Below, piece after piece: positions 1 to 9,228 of a DNA stretch of 32,000 bases. Below the pieces are notes generated by a model. It searched no databases, was not told the DNA's origin, and saw nothing but the letters and a program-made list of their open reading frames with translations. Both the position numbers and the translations under genes were made by a program. This DNA is from Bacillus subtilis subsp. subtilis str. 168 (GTDB taxonomy: Bacteria > Bacillota > Bacilli > Bacillales > Bacillaceae), in the NCBI RefSeq assembly GCF_000009045.1, contig NC_000964.3:1560001-1592000 (forward strand). The letters run 5' to 3'. Every line of letters starts with the position of its first letter. The first letter of the stretch is position 1.

Positions 1-226
1 AATTATTGTGTGGGTTGCGTGCCTGATGCCGCTTCCGTTTTTCCTTGGTAGCCTGGGTCTTCCGATTGTCATTCTCGGCTTGCTGTTAAATATCGGCTGG
101 CTGATTCTTGGCTTAATGGGATTCCGCTCCAAGAATATCATGAAGTGGGCAACGCAGATGTTCGTTTACTCGCTTAACTACATGACAATCTATTTCGTTG
201 CCATGGTTGTCTTGACGCTTTTCTAA
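1..226 (+). CDS. ctaB: heme O synthase (protoheme IX farnesyltransferase), 3' end only; gene starts upstream of the window
   Basis: Frame 2 is open from the window edge to TAA 224-226. The tail is hydrophobic and polytopic (LPIVILGLLLNIGWLILG). It sits directly upstream of ctaCDEFG, as in B. subtilis. Identity recalled, not searched. Confidence 0.8.
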   Translation, partial: IIVWVACLMPLPFFLGSLGLPIVILGLLLNIGWLILGLMGFRSKNIMKWATQMFVYSLNYMTIYFVAMVVLTLF

Positions 227-283
227 AAAATAGATATGATGCTTGTTTTATCGCTTCAAAATAAACGATGACAACTAGTAAAT

Positions 284-324
284 GCCGCCTTGACCTCTTG
301 TTTAATCAGGCGGCTTTACTTTTA
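284..324 (+). terminator. intrinsic terminator after ctaB
   Basis: GCCGCCT (284-290) pairs with AGGCGGC (308-314), followed by TTTACTTTTA. The loop is fairly large (17 nt). Confidence 0.6.
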
Positions 325-465
325 TACATAGATGGCATTTTGAGTAAAAAAACTCATAATTTAAGAGAAGAGGAAATGTAAGTGCTTTATTGGTGATAGG
401 TTGGATGGCGATAGATTTCGATCCGCTTTCCGCCTTTGTATTGACCAGAAAAGGGGTTGGGTGAA

Positions 466-1536
466 ATGGTAAAGCATTGGCGTCTTATTTTATTATTAGC
501 CTTAGTGCCGCTTCTATTAAGCGGATGTGGAAAACCTTTTTTATCCACGCTCAAGCCTGCTGGCGAGGTGGCTGATAAACAGTATGACCTGACAGTGCTC
601 AGCACATTGATTATGGTGGTTGTTGTTGCAGTAGTATCTGTTATCTTCTTTTATGTGATTGTGAGATTCAGAAGATCACGGGTCGGTGAGAACACGATAC
701 CGAAACAGGTAGAGGGGAATAAATTTTTAGAAATCACATGGACCGTGATCCCGATTTTGCTGCTCATTATTCTTGTGATTCCTGTTGTATTATATACGCT
801 GGAGCTAGCGGACACATCACCAATGGATAAAAAAGGCCGCAAAGCTGAGGATGCTCTTGTAGTCAATGTTAGGGCAAATTTATACTGGTGGGAGTTTGAG
901 TACCCTGATTACGGCATTATCACAAGCCAGGAGCTGATTGTACCGACAGATCAGCGTGTATATTTTAATTTAAAAGCCTCTGATGTAAAACATTCCTTCT
1001 GGATTCCTTCAGTTGGAGGAAAACTTGATACGAATACGGATAATGAAAATAAGTTCTTCCTGACATTTGATTCAAAACGAAGCAAAGAGGCAGGAGATAT
1101 GTTTTTTGGGAAGTGTGCAGAGCTTTGCGGCCCTTCACATGCGCTGATGGATTTTAAGGTGAAGACGATGTCTGCAAAAGAATTTCAGGGCTGGACAAAA
1201 GAAATGAAGAACTATAAGTCTACAGCAGAGAGCGATTTGGCTAAGCAGGGTGAAGAACTGTTTAAAGAGAAAAACTGCCTGAGCTGCCATGCGGTAGAGC
1301 CGAATGATAAGCGTGCAGAAGCCGCTAGAACGGCACCTAACTTGGCGACCTTCGGTGAAAGGACAAAAGTGGCAGGGGTGAAAGAGGCCAACAAAGAAAA
1401 TGTGAAGGCTTGGCTGAAGGACCCTGACAGCATAAAGCCGGGGAACAAAATGACAGGCACATATCCAAAGCTCTCAGACAGCGAAACAAATGCGCTTTAT
1501 GAATACTTAAAAGGCTTAAAAGCGGAAAGCAAGTAG
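466..1536 (+). CDS. ctaC: cytochrome c oxidase (caa3) subunit II, lipoprotein with fused cytochrome c domain
   Basis: Lipobox LLLSGC. CuA site HSFWIP...CAELCGPSHALM. C-terminal heme c motif CLSCH. I prefer ATG 466 (SD AAAAGGGG 449-456) over the track's TTG 457; this gives 356 aa, matching the recalled length. Confidence 0.95.
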   Translation: MVKHWRLILLLALVPLLLSGCGKPFLSTLKPAGEVADKQYDLTVLSTLIMVVVVAVVSVIFFYVIVRFRRSRVGENTIPKQVEGNKFLEITWTVIPILLLIILVIPVVLYTLELADTSPMDKKGRKAEDALVVNVRANLYWWEFEYPDYGIITSQELIVPTDQRVYFNLKASDVKHSFWIPSVGGKLDTNTDNENKFFLTFDSKRSKEAGDMFFGKCAELCGPSHALMDFKVKTMSAKEFQGWTKEMKNYKSTAESDLAKQGEELFKEKNCLSCHAVEPNDKRAEAARTAPNLATFGERTKVAGVKEANKENVKAWLKDPDSIKPGNKMTGTYPKLSDSETNALYEYLKGLKAESK

Positions 1537-1568
1537 GGAAGAAAGGGAGATATTGGGGGAGGTCACAT

Positions 1569-3437
1569 ATGTTGAATGCGCTTACAGAAAAGCGGACGCG
1601 CGGATCTATGCTTTGGGATTATTTGACGACGGTGGACCATAAAAAAATCGCAATTCTTTATTTAGTGGCAGGGGGATTCTTCTTTCTTGTCGGGGGAATT
1701 GAAGCGATGTTTATCAGAATTCAGCTTGCAAAGCCGGAAAATGCGTTTCTCAGTGCTCAAGCGTACAATGAAGTAATGACTATGCACGGAACGACGATGA
1801 TCTTTCTGGCTGCGATGCCGCTCTTATTTGCCTTGATGAATGCGGTTGTGCCTTTGCAGATCGGGGCTCGGGACGTTTCGTTTCCATTTTTAAACGCGCT
1901 TGGTTTTTGGCTCTTCTTTTTCGGGGGCATTTTCTTAAATCTAAGCTGGTTTTTGGGCGGAGCGCCAGATGCGGGCTGGACATCATATGCCTCACTTTCG
2001 CTTCATTCTAAAGGGCACGGCATAGACTTTTTCGTCCTCGGACTCCAAATATCGGGGCTCGGGACGCTGATAGCCGGGATTAACTTTTTGGCCACGATTA
2101 TCAACATGAGGGCTCCGGGCATGACGTATATGAGGCTGCCTTTGTTTACATGGACGACATTTGTGGCCTCGGCATTGATTTTGTTCGCGTTTCCGCCGCT
2201 TACGGTTGGATTGGCTCTCATGATGCTGGATCGGCTGTTCGGAACCAATTTCTTTAATCCGGAGCTTGGCGGAAATACGGTCATTTGGGAACATTTATTT
2301 TGGATCTTCGGCCACCCGGAGGTTTATATCCTAATTTTGCCTGCATTCGGTATTTTTTCTGAGGTCATCCCTGTGTTCGCCAGAAAGCGTTTGTTTGGCT
2401 ATTCTTCAATGGTTTTTGCAATCGTGCTCATTGGCTTTCTGGGCTTTATGGTTTGGGTGCACCACATGTTCACGACTGGTCTCGGCCCGATTGCAAATGC
2501 GATTTTTGCGGTTGCAACAATGGCTATCGCGATTCCGACCGGGATTAAGATTTTTAACTGGCTGTTGACGATTTGGGGAGGAAATGTGAAGTATACAACC
2601 GCTATGCTGTATGCTGTCTCATTTATTCCATCCTTTGTGCTCGGCGGTGTGACGGGAGTCATGCTGGCAGCTGCTGCGGCTGATTATCAGTTTCATGATA
2701 CGTATTTTGTGGTTGCGCACTTCCACTACGTCATTATTGGCGGCGTTGTATTCGGCCTTTTAGCCGGTGTTCATTTCTGGTGGCCGAAAATGTTCGGTAA
2801 AATTCTGCATGAAACGATGGGGAAAATTTCATTTGTATTGTTTTTTATCGGCTTTCACCTCACGTTTTTCATTCAGCATTTTGTCGGCTTAATGGGGATG
2901 CCGCGCCGGGTTTATACGTTTTTGCCAGGACAGGGTCTGGAAACCGGCAACTTGATCAGTACAATCGGGGCGTTTTTTATGGCGGCAGCTGTTATTCTTC
3001 TGCTGGTCAATGTCATATGGACATCGGTAAAAGGTGAATATGTAGGTGCTGATCCATGGCATGACGGACGTACGCTGGAATGGACCGTTTCTTCACCGCC
3101 GCCGGAGTATAACTTTAAACAGCTTCCTTTTGTCAGAGGACTTGATCCGCTTTGGATCGAGAAGCAGGCAGGGCACAAATCAATGACGCCGGCGGAACCG
3201 GTTGATGATATTCATATGCCAAACGGCTCAATCCTGCCGCTCATCATTTCCTTCGGCCTTTTTGTCGCAGCGTTCGGGCTGCTGTACAGAAGTGATTACG
3301 CTTGGGGCCTGCCGGTGATCTTTATCGGGCTCGGCATCACATTTATTACGATGCTGCTTCGTTCAGTAATTGATGATCACGGCTATCATATTCATAAAGA
3401 GGAACTGCCGAACGATGATAAAGGGGTGAAGGCATAA
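1569..3437 (+). CDS. ctaD: cytochrome c oxidase subunit I (heme-copper oxidase, A-type)
   Basis: Motifs WIFGHPEVYILILPAFG, VHHMF (CuB histidines) and AHFHYV (heme ligands). 622 aa, about 14 TM segments. SD GGAGG 1558-1562. Confidence 0.97.
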   Translation: MLNALTEKRTRGSMLWDYLTTVDHKKIAILYLVAGGFFFLVGGIEAMFIRIQLAKPENAFLSAQAYNEVMTMHGTTMIFLAAMPLLFALMNAVVPLQIGARDVSFPFLNALGFWLFFFGGIFLNLSWFLGGAPDAGWTSYASLSLHSKGHGIDFFVLGLQISGLGTLIAGINFLATIINMRAPGMTYMRLPLFTWTTFVASALILFAFPPLTVGLALMMLDRLFGTNFFNPELGGNTVIWEHLFWIFGHPEVYILILPAFGIFSEVIPVFARKRLFGYSSMVFAIVLIGFLGFMVWVHHMFTTGLGPIANAIFAVATMAIAIPTGIKIFNWLLTIWGGNVKYTTAMLYAVSFIPSFVLGGVTGVMLAAAAADYQFHDTYFVVAHFHYVIIGGVVFGLLAGVHFWWPKMFGKILHETMGKISFVLFFIGFHLTFFIQHFVGLMGMPRRVYTFLPGQGLETGNLISTIGAFFMAAAVILLLVNVIWTSVKGEYVGADPWHDGRTLEWTVSSPPPEYNFKQLPFVRGLDPLWIEKQAGHKSMTPAEPVDDIHMPNGSILPLIISFGLFVAAFGLLYRSDYAWGLPVIFIGLGITFITMLLRSVIDDHGYHIHKEELPNDDKGVKA

Positions 3438-4060
3438 TGCAAGTTCAAGAAAAATTCACCGCAGAAACCTTTCCAGCTTCTCCTGAAAAAGTAACCCTGG
3501 AAGGGAAAAATAAATTTTTAGGCTTTTGGCTTTTTCTTGGCGGAGAGACTGTTCTGTTTGCGTCTCTCTTCGCCACGTTTCTTGCGCTTCGGAATTCAAA
3601 TGCCGGTGATCCGCCTACGACGGAAATGTTCGATGTGACACTTGTATTCATTGCCACAATGCTTCTATTAACGAGCAGTTTAACGAGTGTGTACGCGATG
3701 TACCACATGAAGAACTTTTCCTTCGGCAAGATGCAGCTTTGGCTGGGAATTACGATTTTATTGGGGGCGGGCTTTTTAGGACTGGAAATCTATGAGTTCA
3801 AGCATTACACCCATGAATTTGGCTTTACCATCACAAGCTCTGCCCTTGGTTCTGCGTTTTACACGCTTGTCGGTACACACGGCGCCCACGTGGCATTTGG
3901 GCTTATGTGGATCAGCACGCTTATGATCCGCAATGCCAAGAGAGGGCTGAATCTGTATACGGCGCCTAAGTTTTACGTTGCCAGCCTTTATTGGCACTTT
4001 ATTGATGTCGTGTGGGTCTTCATCTTTACCGTTGTATATTTAATGGGGATGGTGGGATAA
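3437..4060 (+). CDS. ctaE: cytochrome c oxidase subunit III
   Basis: 207 aa polytopic protein with a GTHGAHVAFG-type motif. The start overlaps the ctaD stop (TAATG), indicating translational coupling. Confidence 0.95.
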   Translation: MQVQEKFTAETFPASPEKVTLEGKNKFLGFWLFLGGETVLFASLFATFLALRNSNAGDPPTTEMFDVTLVFIATMLLLTSSLTSVYAMYHMKNFSFGKMQLWLGITILLGAGFLGLEIYEFKHYTHEFGFTITSSALGSAFYTLVGTHGAHVAFGLMWISTLMIRNAKRGLNLYTAPKFYVASLYWHFIDVVWVFIFTVVYLMGMVG

Positions 4061-4062
4061 AC

Positions 4063-4395
4063 ATGGTCGATAAAAAAAGCAGAGGGCATATCAATAGCGA
4101 CCTTGAATTTAAGAAAAAAAAGCATGCCCGGGAGATGAAATATCAAGTCCTGTCTTTTGGTTTAATGATCGGTCTTACGATTGTTGCATTTCTGACTGTG
4201 GCCACGGACGGTGTCGGCAGCTGGTTTACGATTCCTTTCATTATTTTGCTAGCTGCAATTCAAGTCATTTTTCAGCTGTATTATTTCATGCATATGAATC
4301 AGAAAGGGCATGAGGCGCCGGCACTGTTTTTGTATTCAGGGGTGTTTGTCGCGTTTATCACTGTGCTTGCGTTTGTGACAATTATATGGTGGTAA
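4063..4395 (+). CDS. ctaF: cytochrome c oxidase subunit IV (small 3-TM subunit)
   Basis: ATG 4063 lies 2 nt after the ctaE stop (TAAACATG). 110 aa with three hydrophobic helices. The track start at 4012 lies inside ctaE. Confidence 0.9.
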   Translation: MVDKKSRGHINSDLEFKKKKHAREMKYQVLSFGLMIGLTIVAFLTVATDGVGSWFTIPFIILLAAIQVIFQLYYFMHMNQKGHEAPALFLYSGVFVAFITVLAFVTIIWW

Positions 4396-4421
4396 TTTGA
4401 ACAGCCGCCGGAGGTGAAGAA

Positions 4422-5315
4422 ATGAATCAGTTGGAGATATTTGGGTTTCGCGCGATGTGGAGCCCTTATCTTTTTTGTATCCTGTTAGGCATTACGGCGC
4501 TTTATCTCTATTTTTACAGGCGAATGTCTTCAAAGCCGAATCGAATAACTGGTAAAGAGATGGTGTGCTTTCTGTCGGCGATGCTGTTTTTATATGCAGC
4601 CGAGGGAAGCCCGGTTGATCTGCTCGGACATATTATGTTCAGTGCGCATATGGTGCAGATGGCCGTCCTGTATTTGGTTGTCCCGCCGCTGTTAATCGCG
4701 GGGATTCCTGCATGGCTCTGGGAAAAAATCATTTTCAGGCCTTCAATCAAACCGGTTTTTTCCTTTTTTACGACGCCTTTAATTGCTTTGCTTTTGTTTA
4801 ACGGCATTTTTTCTTTATATCATGTACCGCTTATATTTGATACTGTCAAAACAGATCCGTTTTACCATACATTAATCACTTGGCTTATCTTTGTGCTTGC
4901 GTTCTTCATGTGGTGGCCGCTTGTTCATAAGGTTGAGCGTCTACGGCAGCTCAGCGGCTTGATGAAGCTGGGTTATATTATGGCGGACGGTATGCTGCTC
5001 ACACCTGCTTGCGCCTTGATCATGTTCAGCGGTGCACCGTTATACGCCACCTATACAGATCCGGCTTTATGGGCTGAGGCAATGAGGCTTTGCGTGCCAG
5101 CGGATATGATGGGGCAGGTCCCATTAACAGGGCCAGAGATGTTGAATACACTGCCTTTGTTAGAGGATCAGCAGCTCGGAGCAGTCATGATGAAAATCAT
5201 TCAGGAAATTGTGTACGGTACTTTTTTGGCCGTTATTTTTTTCCAATGGGTGAAGAAAGAAAGGGAAAAGGACGGGCAGGAGGAGCCGCCGTATATTCAG
5301 CAGACGATATCATAA
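4422..5315 (+). CDS. ctaG: cytochrome c oxidase assembly factor CtaG (Bacillus caa3_CtaG type, polytopic membrane protein)
   Basis: 297 aa multi-TM protein immediately after ctaF. Strong SD GGAGGTGA 4410-4417. Confidence 0.9.
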
Positions 5316-5344
5316 AAGGTACAGCGAAATATGCTGTACCTTTT
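5314..5344. terminator. bidirectional intrinsic terminator between convergent ctaG and ylbA
   Basis: Perfect 8-bp stem GGTACAGC (5318-5325) / GCTGTACC (5333-5340), flanked by AAAA on the left and TTTT on the right. Confidence 0.8.
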
Positions 5345-5346
5345 CG

Positions 5347-5709
5347 TTACATTTGAACTGTTTTTAACATGTTGGCTATGTCCTGAATCAGTGCCTTGCT
5401 TTTTGTCACAACCTGTACGGGAAACTCTTCCGTTTCTCCATATTCTACTCCATGAGGGTAGTAATGCTTTCCTAGGAGAGGGGACATTAATTGAATCACG
5501 GCGCGCCCGCTTCCGACATCGCCTTCTGCCGCAATACCTTGTATCCGCAGGTAAAACGTACCCTCAATCGTCGAAAACTTCTTGTCATAGGTGACTCTCT
5601 CGTAATCCCATTGACCCGCTCTGATAAGACCTTTGCTTTCCATTAAGTCGTCTAGCCAGCTGAGCTCAGCCTTAACCCCTTCAAGTCCGCTTTCAGTAAA
5701 CTTCAACAC
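5347..5709 (-). CDS. ylbA: small conserved protein of unknown function (YugN-like family, as recalled)
   Basis: GTG start at 5709, preceded on the minus strand by AAGGAGGGG. 120 aa. The track's ATG 5748 has no SD. Confidence 0.8.
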   Translation of the reverse strand: MLKFTESGLEGVKAELSWLDDLMESKGLIRAGQWDYERVTYDKKFSTIEGTFYLRIQGIAAEGDVGSGRAVIQLMSPLLGKHYYPHGVEYGETEEFPVQVVTKSKALIQDIANMLKTVQM

Positions 5710-5848
5710 TGACCCCTCCTTATAAAAATTACCTTTCCTGACAATCATAGTATGAAAGCGTTAAACTTTCAATGAATCTTCTTCTTTTGAAAGTATGCAA
5801 AAATTAAATTTTGACGACAATAGCACTAGACTAAAGGAGGTTAAACGG

Positions 5849-6295
5849 ATGACAAAAATAAAAGATCTGATGACAGCCGACTTGCAATATTGCACGGTAT
5901 TAGATAATGTATATGAAGCTGCAGTAAAGATGAAGGACGCAAATGTAGGAGCGATACCGGTAGTTGATGAGGACGGGGAAACATTGGTCGGCATCGTAAC
6001 CGACCGCGATCTCGTATTAAGAGGAATCGCCATCAAAAAACCGAACTCGCAAAAAATCACTGACGCGATGACTGAAAAACCTGTCAGTGTGGAGGAAGAT
6101 GCTTCAGTCGATGAGGTTCTTCATTTGATGGCATCGCATCAGCTCAGAAGGATACCAGTTACAAAAAATAAAAAACTGACTGGAATTGTCACGCTTGGTG
6201 ATCTTTCTTTATCTGAGCAAACGAATGAACGTGCCGGCAGCGCCTTATCGGATATTTCCGAAGGGGATAATAGAGAAGAAGGCTTTTTTCATTAA
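5849..6295 (+). CDS. ylbB: CBS-domain pair protein
   Basis: Two CBS repeats (GAIPVVDEDGETLVGIVTDRDL and RRIPVTKNKKLTGIVTLGDL). ATG 5849 lies 8 nt after AAAGGAGG. 148 aa. Confidence 0.88.
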   Translation: MTKIKDLMTADLQYCTVLDNVYEAAVKMKDANVGAIPVVDEDGETLVGIVTDRDLVLRGIAIKKPNSQKITDAMTEKPVSVEEDASVDEVLHLMASHQLRRIPVTKNKKLTGIVTLGDLSLSEQTNERAGSALSDISEGDNREEGFFH

Positions 6296-6378
6296 CACAT
6301 AAATCTTTGACATGTTAAATAGGCTGTATTGTAATGGGATGTAAACAAGAGATTGTGAATCGCCACGGGGGTGATAGA

Positions 6379-7419
6379 TTGAAAAATATATTGAGAGCAA
6401 TGGTTATCCTTTTGATTATCTGCGGAACCTATGTTCTGTTTATTCAATATGGATCTGTTCCTGAAAAGAAATCAAATGACAGCGAGCCTCAGGTGTCGAA
6501 TGAGGAAGCGCAAAGCGGCAAACGAATACATATGCCGACTTCAGGGTTATTGTCCTTCATGGGCAAGCACGCCGATGAAGTAACGAAAAAGCTTGGGGAA
6601 CCTGAACGTATTGACCCTTCGGCTTATGATTACGATTGGTGGGTATACAATCAAGGTAAGGATCAATATATCCAAATCGGGGTATTAAACAATAAAGTGG
6701 TCACATTATTCGCGTCGGGTAATGATATTAACGCCAAGCCTTTCAAAATTGGAGAATCAACTGGCGAAGTATTCAAGACCACCCAGGTGGCACCATTTGT
6801 GAATGTAGAGTATAAAGGAAATTCCTATCGGTTTGAATTTTCTGAAGAAGATATCAATACAAGACCGACTGTAAAGGTAGGAAAGATGTATGTCCAGCTG
6901 TATATGGACAAATTTGAGGGGAAGCTATCCAGCATCAGGGCGTTTGATGCGCAGACCTTTGTAAAGCAAAGACCTTATGAGGTAGTGTACCGCGGGGAAT
7001 TAATTAAACCGAAAGCCGTTTCAGATGAGAAATGGAAAAAGATCCAAACAACGAGCGAAAAGCAAATCCTTGATTTGACGAATGTCATACGCGTTAAACA
7101 TGGACTTGCGAAGCTTGAGTGGGATCAGCCAACGGCGGAAGTGGCATTTGGGCATAGTGAGGATATGAAGGAAAATAATTATTTCTCCCATGTCTCTAAA
7201 AAATACGGCTCGCTGAAAGACCGCTTAGAAGAAGGGCATGTTGATTTTCAGCAAGCGGGAGAAAATATCGCATACAATTATGTGGACGGTCCGGCTGCTG
7301 TAGAAGGCTGGCTGAATAGCGAAGGCCATCGAAAAGCGCTTCTGAATTCAGATTATACGCATCTTGGTGTCGGAGTAGACCGGAAATATTACACCCAAAA
7401 CTTTATTAAGCGATGGTAA
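6379..7419 (+). CDS. ylbC: membrane-anchored protein with C-terminal CAP/SCP (PR-1-like, YkwD-type) domain
   Basis: N-terminal TM (ILRAMVILLIICGTYVLFI). C-terminal CAP motifs HSEDMKENNYFSH, GENIAY, GWLNSEGHRKALL, HLGVGV. TTG 6379 follows SD GGGGGTGAT. 346 aa. Confidence 0.88.
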   Translation: MKNILRAMVILLIICGTYVLFIQYGSVPEKKSNDSEPQVSNEEAQSGKRIHMPTSGLLSFMGKHADEVTKKLGEPERIDPSAYDYDWWVYNQGKDQYIQIGVLNNKVVTLFASGNDINAKPFKIGESTGEVFKTTQVAPFVNVEYKGNSYRFEFSEEDINTRPTVKVGKMYVQLYMDKFEGKLSSIRAFDAQTFVKQRPYEVVYRGELIKPKAVSDEKWKKIQTTSEKQILDLTNVIRVKHGLAKLEWDQPTAEVAFGHSEDMKENNYFSHVSKKYGSLKDRLEEGHVDFQQAGENIAYNYVDGPAAVEGWLNSEGHRKALLNSDYTHLGVGVDRKYYTQNFIKRW

Positions 7420-7424
7420 TGAAA

Positions 7425-7452
7425 GCCGCGGACGAATGGTTCCCGGCTTTTT
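7425..7452 (+). terminator. intrinsic terminator after ylbC
   Basis: GCCG(C)GGA (7425-7432) pairs with TCCCGGC (7441-7447), with one bulge, followed by TTTTT. Confidence 0.7.
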
Positions 7453-7650
7453 CTATTTCCATACAAGCTGGTCTGAATGAATGTGCTGATAGCTTACAGA
7501 TAAGGCCGTTTCCCATCCCTTCAGTCAGGCTTTTTCACCAGTGTATAGGGATATCGCTAAAAATTCATTTGGGAATGAATATAGGCGAACACAATGCCCG
7601 ACAAAACGATACATTGTAGTAGGTAACGATTTTCGGAGGGGGTGAGGATT

Positions 7651-8049
7651 GTGGCGAATCAACATGCCAATCATTCAATCAATGACTTTAAACAATTCGT
7701 CAAAAAGCATCCCAAGCTGATAAAAGAAGTGCGCAAAGAACAAAGAAGCTGGCAGGACGTATATGAAAATTGGGTCCTCTTCGGGGAGAGCGACCCGATT
7801 TGGGATCCATATCGGGAACCGGAAGAAGCTTCTGAAGCTGTGCCTGAAACACCGCAAAAAAATGATTTTGTCTCGAAAATGGTGACAGCGGTGAAAAAGA
7901 TGGATGTCAATCAAATGAACGAACAAATCAATAAAATGAGCCAGTCGATCTCATCGTTGCAAAGCCTTCTTAATACATTTTCCGGAAGCGGACAGAAGCA
8001 TTCTCAGCCAGGCTCTGGACAGCATCCTTTTTCTTTTCGAAAGGATTAA
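7651..8049 (+). CDS. ylbD: YlbD-family protein (putative spore-coat-associated, function unknown)
   Basis: GTG 7651 follows GGAGGGGGTGAGG. 132 aa, hydrophilic, with a low-complexity SGSGQKHSQPGSGQ tail. Confidence 0.8.
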   Translation: MANQHANHSINDFKQFVKKHPKLIKEVRKEQRSWQDVYENWVLFGESDPIWDPYREPEEASEAVPETPQKNDFVSKMVTAVKKMDVNQMNEQINKMSQSISSLQSLLNTFSGSGQKHSQPGSGQHPFSFRKD

Positions 8050-8064
8050 AAAAGGGGAGCTCAT

Positions 8065-8304
8065 ATGCGCAAAGAGGTTCAGGAATATATTTTAGCAAAC
8101 GAAGAACGGAAACGATTCATCAGAGAACAGCCGATATGGTACCGCAGGCTTTCAAGAAAACCGGATGATCTGTCCTCCTTTCAGCTTGAAATGATGAATT
8201 TTTATGAAAAAACCATTCCGCATCGGGTGAATCAGTTTACGAACGGGATTCAAATGGCGCAAATGATGATGCAAATGTTTCAAGCGATGCGGACAAAAGA
8301 TTAA
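8065..8304 (+). CDS. ylbE: YlbE-family small protein, function unknown
   Basis: 79 aa. ATG follows AAAAGGGGAG. Met/Gln-rich C-terminus (MAQMMMQMFQAM). 15 nt downstream of ylbD. Confidence 0.8.
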   Translation: MRKEVQEYILANEERKRFIREQPIWYRRLSRKPDDLSSFQLEMMNFYEKTIPHRVNQFTNGIQMAQMMMQMFQAMRTKD

Positions 8305-8329
8305 AAGGCCCCGAAGAAGGGTCTTTTTT
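8303..8329 (+). terminator. intrinsic terminator after ylbE
   Basis: AAAAGGCCC / GGGTCTTTT stem (includes one G-U pair), followed by a T6 run. Confidence 0.6.
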
Positions 8330-8419
8330 CATGCGGTCATAAGGTTTTGTTGGCGGCTGCGGTTAAGCATTTTCCAATTGGCTGGTTTCATGGTAAACTA
8401 ACAACTGGAGGTGCATGTT

Positions 8420-8869
8420 ATGTATGCGACGATGGAATCCGTGCGGCTTCAAAGTGAAGCTCAGCAGCTTGCCGAGATGATTCTGCAGTCGGAGACGGCT
8501 GAGAACTACCGCAATTGTTACAAGCGTCTCCAGGAAGATGAAGAGGCAGGTCGGATTATTCGTTCTTTTATCAAAATAAAAGAGCAGTATGAGGATGTAC
8601 AGCGTTTTGGCAAATATCATCCTGACTATAGAGAAATATCCCGGAAAATGAGGGAGATCAAACGTGAGCTGGACCTGAACGATAAGGTGGCTGACTTCAA
8701 GAGAGCTGAAAATGAGCTCCAGTCCATTCTTGATGAGGTCAGCGTTGAGATTGGGACAGCTGTTTCGGAGCATGTGAAAGTTCCGACTGGGAACCCTTAT
8801 TTTGACGGTTTGTCTTCATGCGGAGGCGGCTGCGGTTCAGGCGGAAGCTGCGGATGTAAAGTGTCCTGA
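8420..8869 (+). CDS. ylbF: RicF/YlbF, Com_YlbF-family regulator (component of the RicAFT Fe-S complex)
   Basis: ATG 8420 lies 8 nt after GGAGG (8407-8411). 149 aa helical protein with a Cys/Gly-rich tail SSCGGGCGSGGSCGCKVS. Confidence 0.9.
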   Translation: MYATMESVRLQSEAQQLAEMILQSETAENYRNCYKRLQEDEEAGRIIRSFIKIKEQYEDVQRFGKYHPDYREISRKMREIKRELDLNDKVADFKRAENELQSILDEVSVEIGTAVSEHVKVPTGNPYFDGLSSCGGGCGSGGSCGCKVS

Positions 8870-8892
8870 CGAGACTGGCCGTCTCGTCTTTT
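8868..8892 (+). terminator. intrinsic terminator after ylbF
   Basis: Perfect 8-bp stem GACGAGAC / GTCTCGTC, 5-nt loop, then TTTT. Overlaps the ylbF stop codon. Confidence 0.8.
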
Positions 8893-8923
8893 ACATATAA
8901 GAGAAAACAGGCAGGTGATTGTA

Positions 8924-9196
8924 TTGGAGAATAGGCGCCAGGGCATGGTTGTGTATCTGCACTCCCTAAAGCAGAGCAAAATGCTGAGGAAGTTCGGGAA
9001 TGTGCACTATGTATCAAAACGATTAAAATATGTCGTACTGTACTGTGATATGGACCAAATTGAAAAAACAATGGACAAGATTGCGTCTTACTCATTTGTG
9101 AAAAAAGTGGAGCCTTCTTATAAACCGTTTTTAAAATTGGAATTCGAGTCAAAGCTTGATAAGGCAAAAGAATACGATTATAAAATCGGCATATAG
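8924..9196 (+). CDS. ylbG: UPF0298/DUF2129 small protein
   Basis: TTG 8924 follows AGGTGAT (8913-8919). 90 aa, sequence [17 protein letters not shown]... Confidence 0.82.
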   Translation: MENRRQGMVVYLHSLKQSKMLRKFGNVHYVSKRLKYVVLYCDMDQIEKTMDKIASYSFVKKVEPSYKPFLKLEFESKLDKAKEYDYKIGI

Positions 9197-9208
9197 CTAT
9201 AAAAAAAT

Positions 9209-9228
9209 CCCCGCAGGCATCTGCGGGG
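9209..9228. terminator. strong GC hairpin; canonical terminator geometry only on the minus strand
   Basis: CCCCGCAG gcat CTGCGGGG (8 bp, tetraloop). An A7 run lies on the 5' side. On the plus strand only TCCTTCTATTCC follows on the 3' side. Confidence 0.6.

Noticed and set aside
377-390. cre-like (CcpA) sequence TGTAAGTGCTTTAT upstream of ctaC.
   Set aside because: It has three mismatches at conserved positions of the TGWAANCGNTNWCA consensus, including the central CG.
405-464. 19-codon uORF (MAIDFDPLSAFVLTRKGVG) ending 1 nt before the ctaC ATG, with GGTGAT 7 nt upstream.
   Set aside because: Its length is fully compatible with chance (about 40% for 19 open codons). Its SD is partial. Its 3' end is simply the ctaC SD region read in another frame. 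It is only worth checking if ribosome-profiling data are already at hand.
5090-5594. Two plus-strand ORFs (88 aa and 87 aa) at the ctaG end and across ylbA.
   Set aside because: One is out of frame within ctaG and crosses the bidirectional terminator. The other is antisense to ylbA.
7413-7619. 68-aa ORF in the ylbC-ylbD intergenic region.
   Set aside because: It starts inside the ylbC stop region and reads straight through the ylbC terminator. It has no SD. I treat the region as promoter/UTR for ylbD; a GATACATT sigma-E-like -10 at 7608-7615 has no matching -35.
8371-8399. TTTCCA-17-TGgTAAACT extended -10 promoter upstream of ylbF.
   Set aside because: The implied transcription start (about 8406) would fall inside the ylbF SD (8407-8411) and leave no usable leader.
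8363-9167. Two long minus-strand ORFs (136 aa at 8363-8773 and 142 aa at 8739-9167) lying antisense to ylbF and ylbG.
   Set aside because: They are shadow ORFs opposite well-supported genes with SDs, terminators and recognisable families. They have no SD, they cross the plus-strand terminators, and their sequences are low-complexity or odd in composition.
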